The notes beneath the pieces are model-generated. The model saw nothing but the letters and a program-made list of their open reading frames with translations. It did not search any database and had not been told where the DNA came from. From a virus: 36,732 nucleotides of DNA. Of this stretch, positions 1-7,430 are shown in pieces (position 1 is the stretch's first letter; the number at the start of each line of letters is the position of its first letter). The position numbers and the translations under genes are program-made. The stretch lies in the IMG/VR virus record IMGVR_UViG_3300029922_000179; one strand, written 5' to 3'.

Positions 1-67
1 CAACGGCGACGGCTCCGGCTACGGCTACGGCGACGGCCGCTACCCCTACAGTCTGGTGACGCGATGA
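1..67 (+). CDS. 3' fragment of a Gly-X repeat micro-protein (duplicate of the end of 36431..36688 because of the terminal overlap)
   Basis: Reads ...NGDGSGYGYGDGRYPYSLVTR then TGA at 65..67, overlapping the next ATG at 64. Confidence 0.55.
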   Translation, partial: NGDGSGYGYGDGRYPYSLVTR

Positions 68-111
68 AATATCCCAAAGGCTACGGCGACGGCTACGGCG
101 ACGGCTACGGC
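1..111. repeat. Terminal direct overlap; 1..111 is identical to 36622..36732 (signature of a circular or permuted assembly)
   Basis: Base-by-base comparison: both copies read caacggcgacggctccggctacggctacggcgacggccgctacccctacagtctggtgacgcgatgaaatatcccaaaggctacggcgacggctacggcgacggctacggc. Confidence 0.8.
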
Positions 112-231
112 TACGGCTACGGCAACGGCAACGGCTCCGGCAACGGCTACGGCTACGGCAACGGCAACGGCGACGGCTCCGGCTACGGCTACGGCGACGG
201 CCGCTACCCCTACAGTCTGGTGACGCGATGA
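64..231 (+). CDS. Gly-X repeat micro-protein, unit 4 (55 aa; below the ORF-track size cutoff)
   Basis: Hand translation gives MKYPKGYGDGYGDGYGYGYGNGNGSGNGYGYGNGNGDGSGYGYGDGRYPYSLVTR. ATGA overlaps at both ends, and a GGTGA SD-like motif sits 4 nt upstream of the ATG. Confidence 0.6.
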   Translation: MKYPKGYGDGYGDGYGYGYGNGNGSGNGYGYGNGNGDGSGYGYGDGRYPYSLVTR

Positions 232-485
232 AATATCCCAAAGGCTACGGCGACGGCTACGGCGACGGCTACGGCGACGGCTACGGCTACGGCAACGGCA
301 ACGGCTACGGCGACGGCTACGGCTACGGCGACGGCTACGGCTACGGCGACGGCTCCGGCTACGGCTACGGCGACGGCTCCGGCGACGGCTACGGCGACGG
401 CTCCGGCAACGGCTACGGCTACGGCTCCGGCGACGGCTCCGGCTACGGCTACGACCGCTACCCCTACAGTCTGGTGACGCGATGA
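228..485 (+). CDS. Gly-X repeat micro-protein, unit 5 (85 aa)
   Basis: ORF track. MKYPKG head, strict Gly-X core (X=Y/D/N/S), ...GYDRYPYSLVTR tail, ATGA overlaps with both neighbours. Confidence 0.6.
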   Translation: MKYPKGYGDGYGDGYGDGYGYGNGNGYGDGYGYGDGYGYGDGSGYGYGDGSGDGYGDGSGNGYGYGSGDGSGYGYDRYPYSLVTR

Positions 486-733
486 AATATCCCAAAGGCT
501 CCGGCGACGGCAACGGCTACGGCTACGGCAACGGCGACGGCTACGGCTACGGCTCCGGCTACGGCAACGGCGACGGCGACGGCTACGGCGACGGCTCCGG
601 CTCCGGCTACGGCAACGGCTACGGCAACGGCAACGGCAACGGCTACGGCAACGGCAACGGCTACGGCTACGGCAACGGCTACGGCAACGGCTCCGGCAAC
701 GGCCGCTACCCCTACAGTCTGGTGACGCGATGA
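482..733 (+). CDS. Gly-X repeat micro-protein, unit 6 (83 aa)
   Basis: ORF track. Same head, core and tail architecture; Asn-rich core; ATGA overlaps. Confidence 0.6.
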   Translation: MKYPKGSGDGNGYGYGNGDGYGYGSGYGNGDGDGYGDGSGSGYGNGYGNGNGNGYGNGNGYGYGNGYGNGSGNGRYPYSLVTR

Positions 734-927
734 AATATCCCAAAGGCTCCGGCGACGGCAACGGCTACGGCTACGGCAACGGCAACGGCGACGGCTACGG
801 CTACGGCAACGGCAACGGCTACGGCTCCGGCTACGGCAACGGCAACGGCTACGGCAACGGCAACGGCGACGGCTCCGGCTACGGCTACGGCGACGGCCGC
901 TACCCCTACAGTCTGGTGACGCGATGA
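730..927 (+). CDS. Gly-X repeat micro-protein, unit 7 (65 aa)
   Basis: ORF track. Same architecture; ATGA overlaps. Confidence 0.6.
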   Translation: MKYPKGSGDGNGYGYGNGNGDGYGYGNGNGYGSGYGNGNGYGNGNGDGSGYGYGDGRYPYSLVTR

Positions 928-1202
928 AATATCCCAAAGGCTACGGCGACGGCTACGGCGACGGCTACGGCTACGGCTCCGGCTACGGCAACGGCGACGG
1001 CTACGGCTACGGCGACGGCTCCGGCTACGGCTACGGCTACGGCTACGGCGACGGCGACGGCAACGGCGACGGCGACGGCTACGGCTCCGGCGACGGCTAC
1101 GGCGACGGCTCCGGCAACGGCTACGGCTACGGCTCCGGCTCCGGCGACGGCTCCGGCTACGGCTACGACCGCTACCCCTACAGCCTGGTGACGCGACCTT
1201 GA
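924..1202 (+). CDS. Gly-X repeat micro-protein, unit 8, last in the array (92 aa)
   Basis: ORF track. The tail differs only here (agc instead of agt for Ser; ends LVTRP then TGA) and no further ATGA junction follows. Confidence 0.6.
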   Translation: MKYPKGYGDGYGDGYGYGSGYGNGDGYGYGDGSGYGYGYGYGDGDGNGDGDGYGSGDGYGDGSGNGYGYGSGSGDGSGYGYDRYPYSLVTRP

Positions 1203-1227
1203 TTGAAGTGCATTTATTTGCTATATT
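1199..1227 (+). promoter_or_regulatory. Sigma70-like promoter with extended -10 (TTGATT-N17-TGcTATATT) immediately after the array
   Basis: TTGATT at 1199..1204, TG at 1219..1220, TATATT at 1222..1227. It shares the catttnnnTGCTATAwT context with the promoter at 31071..31098. Confidence 0.45.
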
Positions 1228-1258
1228 AAATTAACATTAATTACTATTAAATATAATT

Positions 1259-1552
1259 ATGACAACATATTCATTGAGATGTAGGAACAGCAAATGCCGC
1301 CACCGTCGCGTAGGAAAAACGCATCCATTCGACTATAAGGTGGTGCCTAAGTGCGAAAGCTGTGGAAAACGTGTCGGTTGGCGCATAGAGAAACGAGATT
1401 TTCAGAGAAAGAATCTGTGTTATTGCAGCAGTGTAGTTGGAAGCAACGGAAACTACCCGCACAAAAAAACTCACCCATTTTGCGATCAGCACCCGATGGG
1501 TATTGAAAATCAGATGCGTCGCTCTGGTTATTTTGATGAATGTCCATTTTAA
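1259..1552 (+). CDS. Cys-rich zinc-ribbon-like small protein
   Basis: ORF track. CRNSKC...CESCGKR pairs and a duplicated KTHPF motif. No clear SD. Confidence 0.5.
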   Translation: MTTYSLRCRNSKCRHRRVGKTHPFDYKVVPKCESCGKRVGWRIEKRDFQRKNLCYCSSVVGSNGNYPHKKTHPFCDQHPMGIENQMRRSGYFDECPF

Positions 1553-1563
1553 GGAAAAGGCAA

Positions 1564-2505
1564 ATGCTTACCAGAGAAGAATTACAAGCCCGAAAAAACG
1601 GGGTATTTTCCACTGACGCTGCGGCAGCTCTCGGGATGTCGAAATATGGCTCTCCCGTCTCCGTCTGGATGGAAAAAATAGGGATAGATCACGATATCGA
1701 TACAGAATCTGAGGAAATTGACGAGAAAAAGCATGAGCAGTCGGAAGAAATGAGCATGGGATTGATCATGCAGCCAGTGATTGGAAGACTCTACGAAGAC
1801 CGCACAGGAAGTCGTTTACGCAACCTGGACGGCGTAACAATGTTTAGTGATACCGTTAAATTCATGGGGTCACACTTTGATTTTCAGGTTGGAAATGAGC
1901 GCAGATTAGTCGAGGCGAAAAATTTCAACGACATCCGAAAGAAGGAATTCGGAGAGCCTGGAACTGATGATGTCCCGATGGACTGTCTAGTTCAATGTCT
2001 GCATGAGGGGTTCGTTTTCGGCGCCGACTCGGTGGACCTCGCGGTGCTGTTTGGTGGACAGAAGTTTGAAATCTACACCATACCGGTCAATAAAGAAGCT
2101 GTTGATATTCTGATCGAGAAGTTATCGGCATTCTGGCATCTGGTAGAAACGAAAGAGCCGCCAGCTCCACAGACGCAGGAAGACTTGAAGGCATTGTTTA
2201 AGCGCGATGACGGGTCTGAGGTAGTCGCCTCACCAGAAGTCGAGCGCGCCTGTATAGCTTTGTCTCAAATAAAAGATGGCATAAAGAAGAATAAGGATTT
2301 AGAACAAAACCTGTCTACCTTCATAAAATCAGCTATTGGAGACCATGCTGTTTTACGATCGCAAAGTGGGCTGATCCTTGCAACTTGGAAAAACAGCAAG
2401 GAAACGGAGTTTTTTGACAAGAAAGGTTTTAGAGATAAAAACCAGAATTTATACGAATCATTTTGCTCAACAAAACCCGGCAATAGGCCATTTCTTTTGA
2501 AGTAG
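1564..2505 (+). CDS. YqaJ-like (lambda Exo-type, PD-(D/E)xK) recombination exonuclease
   Basis: GVFSTDAAAALGMSKYGSPVSVWMEKIG N-terminal motif and D...LVEAKN catalytic-type motif. ATG at 1564 is preceded by AAGGA; an alternative ATG lies at 1540. Confidence 0.75.
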   Translation: MLTREELQARKNGVFSTDAAAALGMSKYGSPVSVWMEKIGIDHDIDTESEEIDEKKHEQSEEMSMGLIMQPVIGRLYEDRTGSRLRNLDGVTMFSDTVKFMGSHFDFQVGNERRLVEAKNFNDIRKKEFGEPGTDDVPMDCLVQCLHEGFVFGADSVDLAVLFGGQKFEIYTIPVNKEAVDILIEKLSAFWHLVETKEPPAPQTQEDLKALFKRDDGSEVVASPEVERACIALSQIKDGIKKNKDLEQNLSTFIKSAIGDHAVLRSQSGLILATWKNSKETEFFDKKGFRDKNQNLYESFCSTKPGNRPFLLK

Positions 2506-2510
2506 GATAT

Positions 2511-2750
2511 ATGATTAAAAATAAAACGCCAGTGCCGCCACGTGGCGGCGGTAGAAAAACAGACTACGAAGAATTGCGCACACTCGCTATTGTCAGCAAA
2601 GGGGAGCCTAGCGAATGTGCGGTTTATCCGCTAACAGATGAAGTAAAGGTCCGCTCAGCAGCAAATTACTTGGCTCGCACCAAAGGCTATAAATTCATCA
2701 CTCGCACAGACAAAGAAGAGTCAACATTTACCATTTGGCGTAAAAAATAG
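2511..2750 (+). CDS. Hypothetical protein (79 aa)
   Basis: ORF track. Packed between the exonuclease and recT-like genes. Confidence 0.5.
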   Translation: MIKNKTPVPPRGGGRKTDYEELRTLAIVSKGEPSECAVYPLTDEVKVRSAANYLARTKGYKFITRTDKEESTFTIWRKK

Positions 2751-2763
2751 GAGCAAATTGATC

Positions 2764-3708
2764 ATGTCCACAACAGAAGATTTCAAGAGCCGCGCTATCG
2801 CAACGACAGAGCCGACTACGTTTCCCCAGATGCTAAAGGCCTTCTTGCCGGAAGTCGAGCGGGCATTGCCCCGTCATCTTAGTGGTGATCGTATGTCGCG
2901 TATCGCATTGACCGCATTTCGTCGCACACCAAAGTTAGCGCAGTGTGATCCGCGATCCGTGTTTGCGGCTGTTATTCAAGCTTCACAATTGGGACTGGAG
3001 CCGGACACTTTGGGCCGGTCTTACCTGATCCCATACGGCACTGAATGTCAGTTTGTTCCAGGCTGGAAAGGTCTGGTTGATCTGATGAATCGAAGCGGCG
3101 CTGGAACCGTCTATACAGGCGTCATTTACAGCGATCAAAAATACACCTATTTAGATGGTTCCAAACGCGAATTGGTGATCCATACAGAAACTGAAATGGA
3201 TGATCCATCCGAAATTACGCATGCATATGCTATTGGATGGGTAAAAGGTTCGGAAATTCCGATTATCGAGTTGTGGCGCATGGCAAAAATTATCAAACAC
3301 TTGAATCGATACAACAAGGTCGGTAAAAGGCATTATGCATTTGAGAACATGGAAATGTATGCGCGCAAAGTGCCATTGCTCCAAGTCCTTAAATACATGC
3401 CGTGTAGCGCCGAGCTAGTCGCCGCTATGAGCCTTTCAGATGCCGCCGAAGTAGGGTCGCAAGGGCTCAACATCAAAGACGCTGCCGATGGCACTTGGAT
3501 GGCTCCAGAAGTCATTGAGGGCCAGCAGGACTCAGTAAGGGCGCCACTCGCTTTTGAAGTCGTATTGAAGAAGATCCGTGGAGCTAAGGACGTAGAAATG
3601 CTCAAGGTGGAGGGTGAGTTGATTGATGATCTTCCTGCTGGTGATCAGGAAGCGGCGAGAGAAGTCTACATCGAATGTCTGGATATCTTAGGGCGCAAGA
3701 AATCGTGA
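2764..3708 (+). CDS. recT: RecT-family single-strand annealing protein
   Basis: VFAAVIQASQLGLEPDTLGRSYLIPYG...FVPGWKGLVDLMNRSG is typical of RecT. AGGAG lies 10 nt upstream of the ATG at 2764; the ORF track starts at TTG 2758. Paired with the YqaJ exonuclease. Confidence 0.7.
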   Translation: MSTTEDFKSRAIATTEPTTFPQMLKAFLPEVERALPRHLSGDRMSRIALTAFRRTPKLAQCDPRSVFAAVIQASQLGLEPDTLGRSYLIPYGTECQFVPGWKGLVDLMNRSGAGTVYTGVIYSDQKYTYLDGSKRELVIHTETEMDDPSEITHAYAIGWVKGSEIPIIELWRMAKIIKHLNRYNKVGKRHYAFENMEMYARKVPLLQVLKYMPCSAELVAAMSLSDAAEVGSQGLNIKDAADGTWMAPEVIEGQQDSVRAPLAFEVVLKKIRGAKDVEMLKVEGELIDDLPAGDQEAAREVYIECLDILGRKKS

Positions 3709-4022
3709 AATACAACAACACGAAAACGGTAGTCGACGGCATCACTTTCGACAGCAAGAAAGAGGCTAAGCGCTACGGCGAGTTAAAGCTACTGGAATCG
3801 GCCGGGAAAATATCAGCCCTGAAATTGCAGGTCGTATTTGTACTGTCGCCCTCTGTCGTAATCGCAAAGAGGAAACGCCCCGCTCTGAAATATGTCGCAG
3901 ATTTTACCTACATCGAAAACGGCAGTCATGTTATAGAAGACTGCAAAGGCATGCTAACACCGGTCTACAGGTTAAAGCGTCATCTCATGTACGCGGCGGG
4001 GTTTTCAATATTGGAGACCTGA
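3705..4022 (+). CDS. DUF1064-family protein (phage nuclease/resolvase-like)
   Basis: KYNNTKTVVDGITFDSKKEAKRYGELKLLESAGKI...YVADFTY...VIEDCKG matches the DUF1064 pattern. GTG at 3705 overlaps the recT stop (GTGA); an alternative ATG lies at 3675. Confidence 0.7.
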   Translation: MKYNNTKTVVDGITFDSKKEAKRYGELKLLESAGKISALKLQVVFVLSPSVVIAKRKRPALKYVADFTYIENGSHVIEDCKGMLTPVYRLKRHLMYAAGFSILET

Positions 4023-4038
4023 ATCAAGGAGATTTTTA

Positions 4039-4410
4039 GTGGAAGGAGAATTCAAAACAGATCCATTACCTGATAAGTTCGCCCTTCCGAAGAAATGGGG
4101 CGAGTGGGCTTTAACCACCAGGAACGATTGGACTCCAGAGCACGTCAGAGTGTGCGCGAAACGGTTCAAGGAGTATTACACCGACAGAAAGGCGGAGCGT
4201 CATGATTGGGAGCTTGTGTGGCGTCAGTGGGTACGCAACCAACGAACTGAGGCGCTTAGAATATCGGACAAGAACGCCTGGTGGAAAAGCGCTAGCGGTA
4301 TAGATACGAAAGGCCGTGAACTCGGCCTGGATTATGAGGAAGGCGAAAGTTTTCCTTATTTTAAACTCAGGGTATTCAAGGCTGCCGGTGACGGACCTTG
4401 GAATAAATAG
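4039..4410 (+). CDS. Hypothetical protein (123 aa, Trp-rich)
   Basis: GTG start 7 nt after AAGGAG. Confidence 0.55.
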   Translation: MEGEFKTDPLPDKFALPKKWGEWALTTRNDWTPEHVRVCAKRFKEYYTDRKAERHDWELVWRQWVRNQRTEALRISDKNAWWKSASGIDTKGRELGLDYEEGESFPYFKLRVFKAAGDGPWNK

Positions 4411-4419
4411 GATCTCGGC

Positions 4420-4626
4420 ATGAGACATTATCTTTTTATTTTTATGGCCTCAACATTTTTACTCATTTCTGCGATCTTGTTCGTTTGCGTTTTTATCCCG
4501 CTGACACTGACGAGACTCGCGATCCGTTTTATCGAATTGGTTTTTGGCGGCATCGTTATGGTATTTGATTGGATGATCGACTCGATAGTATCGATCTACA
4601 TGCTGCTAGAAGAATTAATATTCTGA
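4420..4626 (+). CDS. Small membrane protein (68 aa, two hydrophobic helices)
   Basis: ORF track. FLLISAILFVCVFIPLTL and GGIVMVFDWMIDSIVSIYML. Confidence 0.5.
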   Translation: MRHYLFIFMASTFLLISAILFVCVFIPLTLTRLAIRFIELVFGGIVMVFDWMIDSIVSIYMLLEELIF

Positions 4627-4639
4627 ATTGGAGGGCATC

Positions 4640-4702
4640 ATGAAAGACAAAGACGTAAGAATAGACGCAACTATTACCCTGAAAGCCGAGGTGAAATCGT
4701 GA
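4640..4702 (+). CDS. 20-aa micro-ORF (MKDKDVRIDATITLKAEVKS)
   Basis: GGAGGG lies 5 nt upstream of the ATG. The stop overlaps the GTG start of the next gene (GTGA). Confidence 0.35.
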   Translation: MKDKDVRIDATITLKAEVKS

Positions 4703-5022
4703 GCAAGAATCCATTAGAAAGGCCTATCATAGAGGCTCTGCAAAAAAGTGGCGGTCTAACGGTTGTGGATCTATCCCAGATCCTAAAAAGGACTAAAGAT
4801 GCCATTGCATCCTGTGTTTGCAGACTCTACGATAATGGTGTGATAGACAAGGTAGGGCCGCGTGGATGGCATCAACAGAAACTGTACATTGCTCGATCTG
4901 GTAAGGAAGAGTCAAAAAAATATGACTGGATGATAGGATGGGGAAATTCTCCGAGACTCGGATTAGACGGTTTTGAACAACGTCAAAAAATTATCATCCA
5001 CAAATCTACTTACCGCTACTGA
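4699..5022 (+). CDS. Winged-helix DNA-binding-like protein
   Basis: GTG start after GAGGTG. IEALQKSGGLTVVDLSQILKRTKDAIASCVCRLYDNGVI resembles a MarR/wHTH-type recognition region. Confidence 0.5.
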   Translation: MSKNPLERPIIEALQKSGGLTVVDLSQILKRTKDAIASCVCRLYDNGVIDKVGPRGWHQQKLYIARSGKEESKKYDWMIGWGNSPRLGLDGFEQRQKIIIHKSTYRY

Positions 5023-5559
5023 TTATTTTTTGCTGGGCGGCGTGCTTTGTGCCAAAAGGATGTTTTTGTCTTCGCTGCCTTTGCTTGAGCCGAAATAGAA
5101 GCCAATAACTTGCTCGCACTTGGCAGACAGATAGCCGACCAGCGTTCCTGCCAGAGCGCTATCGACCTTGGCATAACCCAGTAGGGTGCCGCACACCATC
5201 GCGATGAAACCGCCAACGATAGCGTAGGCAAGCAGAGGAACCGTGATAGCCTTGGTACTGATCTGCATTGTTCGAGCGCTTCCACGATCCGCGACCTCAC
5301 TGGCATAAATCTGCTGCGCATAGTTCAGGTGCAGTTGCAACATGGTTTCGGTGTGCGTGGTCTGGAACTCTTTCGCCTTTTCCACGGCGTCGGCGCTTGA
5401 CGTAAGCGCGGTCAAGATGTCTTCCGGCTTGCTGCTACCGGAGCCGATAGCAGCCGCCAACGCGGTGCCGATGGCAGCACCGCCAGGAATAGGAAGGATG
5501 GCGCCCAGCAGTGGCAGGCCAATTTTTGCAATCTCGGCTCCTAGTGATTCGAGGTCCAT
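5023..5559 (-). CDS. Putative holin / multi-TM lysis membrane protein
   Basis: Three hydrophobic segments (LPLLGAILPIPGGAAIGTALAAAIG; VPLLAYAIVGGFIAMVCGTLLGY; LVGYLSAKCEQVIGFYFG). Lies immediately downstream of the endolysin. ATG at 5559 follows AAGGA; the ORF track starts at TTG 5565. Confidence 0.5.
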   Translation of the reverse strand: MDLESLGAEIAKIGLPLLGAILPIPGGAAIGTALAAAIGSGSSKPEDILTALTSSADAVEKAKEFQTTHTETMLQLHLNYAQQIYASEVADRGSARTMQISTKAITVPLLAYAIVGGFIAMVCGTLLGYAKVDSALAGTLVGYLSAKCEQVIGFYFGSSKGSEDKNILLAQSTPPSKK

Positions 5560-5561
5560 TT

Positions 5562-6005
5562 TCAATCCTTTACGTTAAACCATGTCGCTTCGAGCGCACG
5601 GCGTTTTACAAGACCAGGGAGAACACGGCCGCCACCGCGTACCCAGCGCGCAAACTCGGCATCGGCGCCAGCATAGTCGCCGTCATTGAGCTTGCGCAGC
5701 AATGTAGAACTCGCAAGATTTCCTGAGCCTTCGTTAAAAGTCCAATCGACCAGTGCGTCGAACTGGTGCTGCGTCAGTGGTACGGTGATCATCCGATTTA
5801 CCGCTGATTCGGCATCACCTATATCTTCAATTACCCAAGCATCTGACTGCTCCGGTGTGCAGGCATCTCCTTCCTTTACATCTCTTGTATGGCCGTACCC
5901 AATGGTCCAAGGTGATCCGTCAGTACCTGGATCTGGGTACGCGACTAGAGTGCGACCCTCACTCGCTTCTGTTAATGACTTTCTCGCTTCGTCTGAGTAT
6001 TTCAT
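5562..6005 (-). CDS. Endolysin, T4-lysozyme-like (GH24)
   Basis: EGRTLVAYPDPGTDGSPWTIGYGHT (Glu / Asp / Thr catalytic spacing) plus FDALVDWTFNEG and GLVKRR. ATG at 6005 overlaps the upstream stop (ATGA) and follows GAGGG. Confidence 0.85.
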   Translation of the reverse strand: MKYSDEARKSLTEASEGRTLVAYPDPGTDGSPWTIGYGHTRDVKEGDACTPEQSDAWVIEDIGDAESAVNRMITVPLTQHQFDALVDWTFNEGSGNLASSTLLRKLNDGDYAGADAEFARWVRGGGRVLPGLVKRRALEATWFNVKD

Positions 6006-6550
6006 GCCTTTACCCTCATGTCGCAAATCAAATGGATTCTATCTACCGATCCACCATTGAATACCTCGTGCTCAACCTTATTATCAACACGCCAGCATTC
6101 TCCAGCGACCATCTCTACTGTTTCGTCCCCGCATCTAAAAGTGCAGCCATTCGACGACTGTAGGCAAATATGAAACCGAGTATAGAATTCCGGGTTCTTA
6201 CCTTCATCACAGTGGGCTTTGATACCTTTTCCCGGAGAAATTCTAGAAATAAATACCCTACCTATTTTACTCGCGCCCAATTCTAGCTCGAGTCTTTCCA
6301 TCAACGATGTAGTATTCGACAAAATCGAATGGGCAGGATAATCAATGCACTCCAAATCATCGAACGCTTCACGCTCCCTGCCTTCAATAATTTCATTGAA
6401 TCTAATCCATATATCGTCTACGTCGCCGTGACCTGACCCTGGCATGTCTTTTCTAATGGTGTTCTGGTTCCACAAAAAATTATTACTCGATATTTGTTCG
6501 AGTGCTTTTTTTACATCAATGCCGCGACCGATCAGGCTAAAATTTTTCAT
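6002..6550 (-). CDS. Aspartyl/asparaginyl beta-hydroxylase-like 2OG-Fe(II) cupin oxygenase
   Basis: GIKAHCDEG...RFHICL...GECWRVDNKVEHEVFNGGSVDRIHLICD fits the HxD...H facial triad and family pattern. ATGA overlap with the upstream gene. Confidence 0.6.
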   Translation of the reverse strand: MKNFSLIGRGIDVKKALEQISSNNFLWNQNTIRKDMPGSGHGDVDDIWIRFNEIIEGREREAFDDLECIDYPAHSILSNTTSLMERLELELGASKIGRVFISRISPGKGIKAHCDEGKNPEFYTRFHICLQSSNGCTFRCGDETVEMVAGECWRVDNKVEHEVFNGGSVDRIHLICDMRVKA

Positions 6551-6867
6551 TTTTCGGAATTCCCCCTACCCTGTCGCGCGCGCTCCAAATTTTCAATTCT
6601 GACATCGTGTTTATCTAACTCGCGCTCTGTCGCAGAGATTCTCGCATCATGAGAAGAAATGACCAATTGTTGCTGATCGCTTCTTATCTCTGCCCTTCTT
6701 TCTGATTCCGCTTGCCTAGTCAACATCTGATCCTGCTTGTTTATCAAATTCGTATATTGCGTTGCAACCATCCATATTGCTATACCAATAGCCAAAATAA
6801 CGCTGATCGCGCTACGAACGACCCACGTCAGAGGTATTTTTGTATCGACTATTTTTGATTCTGGCAT
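6547..6867 (-). CDS. N-terminally membrane-anchored coiled-coil protein (possible i-spanin-like)
   Basis: TM segment VVRSAISVILAIGIAIWMVA followed by a charged helical region. First gene of the lysis cluster. Confidence 0.35.
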   Translation of the reverse strand: MPESKIVDTKIPLTWVVRSAISVILAIGIAIWMVATQYTNLINKQDQMLTRQAESERRAEIRSDQQQLVISSHDARISATERELDKHDVRIENLERARQGRGNSEK

Positions 6868-6896
6868 ACCGGTAGATATTCACAGTAGAAACCTAA

Positions 6897-7418
6897 TTAC
6901 GAACCCTCTGGCCAGGTGATCGCCTGCACTGCTGCAACGGTAGTCGCAGCACGAATAGCTGCTTTCAGCTTCTCTCGCTGATTGAACGCGGCATTGCCCT
7001 GCGCAAGCATAGTGCCGTACAGATCACCCAGATCAGCAAGTGTGAACGGCACTTGCGTGTTGTCCTCGGCTTGCCAATAAAAGCCTGTCGGCGTTGTACC
7101 CGCGATGTTGTAGCCGGTGAAATTTTTAAGCAGCACACTTTGACTCGACAGTGGACCGTCGTTGTCTGCCTGGTATGCCTGCGTCACACCCGCTGCATTT
7201 TTGAAACTCACAGATACCTGCACAGCCTCGGCATAGGAGGTATCAATGATTGCAATCTGCGCAGCTTGAGCAGCAGCCAATGTCGGCGCTCGTGCGGCAG
7301 CGATTTGCGCGTCAGTCAAAGGCCCTGCCAATCCTTGCGGCCATGACGCTAGTGCGAGCGCGGCGCCACTTTCATCATCATGCAGAAAGCCTGTCGTAGT
7401 ATCTTGCCAGATAGCCAT
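6897..7418 (-). CDS. Tail-fibre-associated protein (assembly/chaperone-like)
   Basis: Follows the fibre gene. AGAGGA SD. Ala/Gln-rich N-terminus. Call is based on position only. Confidence 0.35.
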   Translation of the reverse strand: MAIWQDTTTGFLHDDESGAALALASWPQGLAGPLTDAQIAAARAPTLAAAQAAQIAIIDTSYAEAVQVSVSFKNAAGVTQAYQADNDGPLSSQSVLLKNFTGYNIAGTTPTGFYWQAEDNTQVPFTLADLGDLYGTMLAQGNAAFNQREKLKAAIRAATTVAAVQAITWPEGS

Positions 7419-7430
7419 TTTGTTTCCTCT

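Larger units (their letters stand above)
1..1202 (+). repeat. Left part of the tandem gene array: GGC-NAC/TCC hexanucleotide core blocks separated by an identical 45-nt junction
   Basis: The junction cgctacccctacagtctggtgacgcgatgaaatatcccaaaggct starts at 38, 202, 456, 704 and 898. Core block lengths vary. Confidence 0.9.

Noticed and set aside
46-937. Long minus-strand ORFs through the left array (Arg/Ser-rich RSRSRR... and AVAVAV... translations, 155-183 aa)
   Set aside because: They begin at TTG within the junction with no SD. They run through unit boundaries, changing character from RS to AV as the frame slips. They exist only because the GGCNAC lattice lacks stops in five of six frames. 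The plus-strand Gly-X frame alone has ATG starts, SD-like motifs and precise stop/start coupling.
1-1202. CRISPR-like reading of the array (conserved 45-nt repeats separated by variable spacers)
   Set aside because: The spacers are low-complexity hexanucleotide repeats of very unequal length (about 120-250 nt), not unique 30-40-nt sequences. The conserved element contains a stop/start junction. No cas genes are present.
1-1202. Diversity-generating retroelement origin of the NNC-only codons (AAC-type codons are typical of DGR variable regions)
   Set aside because: No reverse transcriptase, no template/variable repeat pair and no Avd-like gene were recognisable anywhere in the roughly 36.6 kb genome. 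CAC and many other NNC codons are absent, and Gly alternation is perfectly preserved. It remains only a remote possibility if a host-encoded RT acts in trans.
4629-4642. 14-nt identity TGGAGGGCATCATG shared by the micro-ORF at 4640 and (reverse strand) the basic micro-ORF at 24149
   Set aside because: A rough expectation for a chance 14-mer match within about 37 kb on both strands is of order one to a few, and the shared part is mostly SD plus ATG. It is not evidence of a specific element.
6547-6867. Embedded or adjacent o-spanin (Rz1-like lipoprotein) partner for the putative i-spanin
   Set aside because: I could not find a lipobox-containing ORF with an SD within or just after this gene, so the spanin call is left at low confidence.
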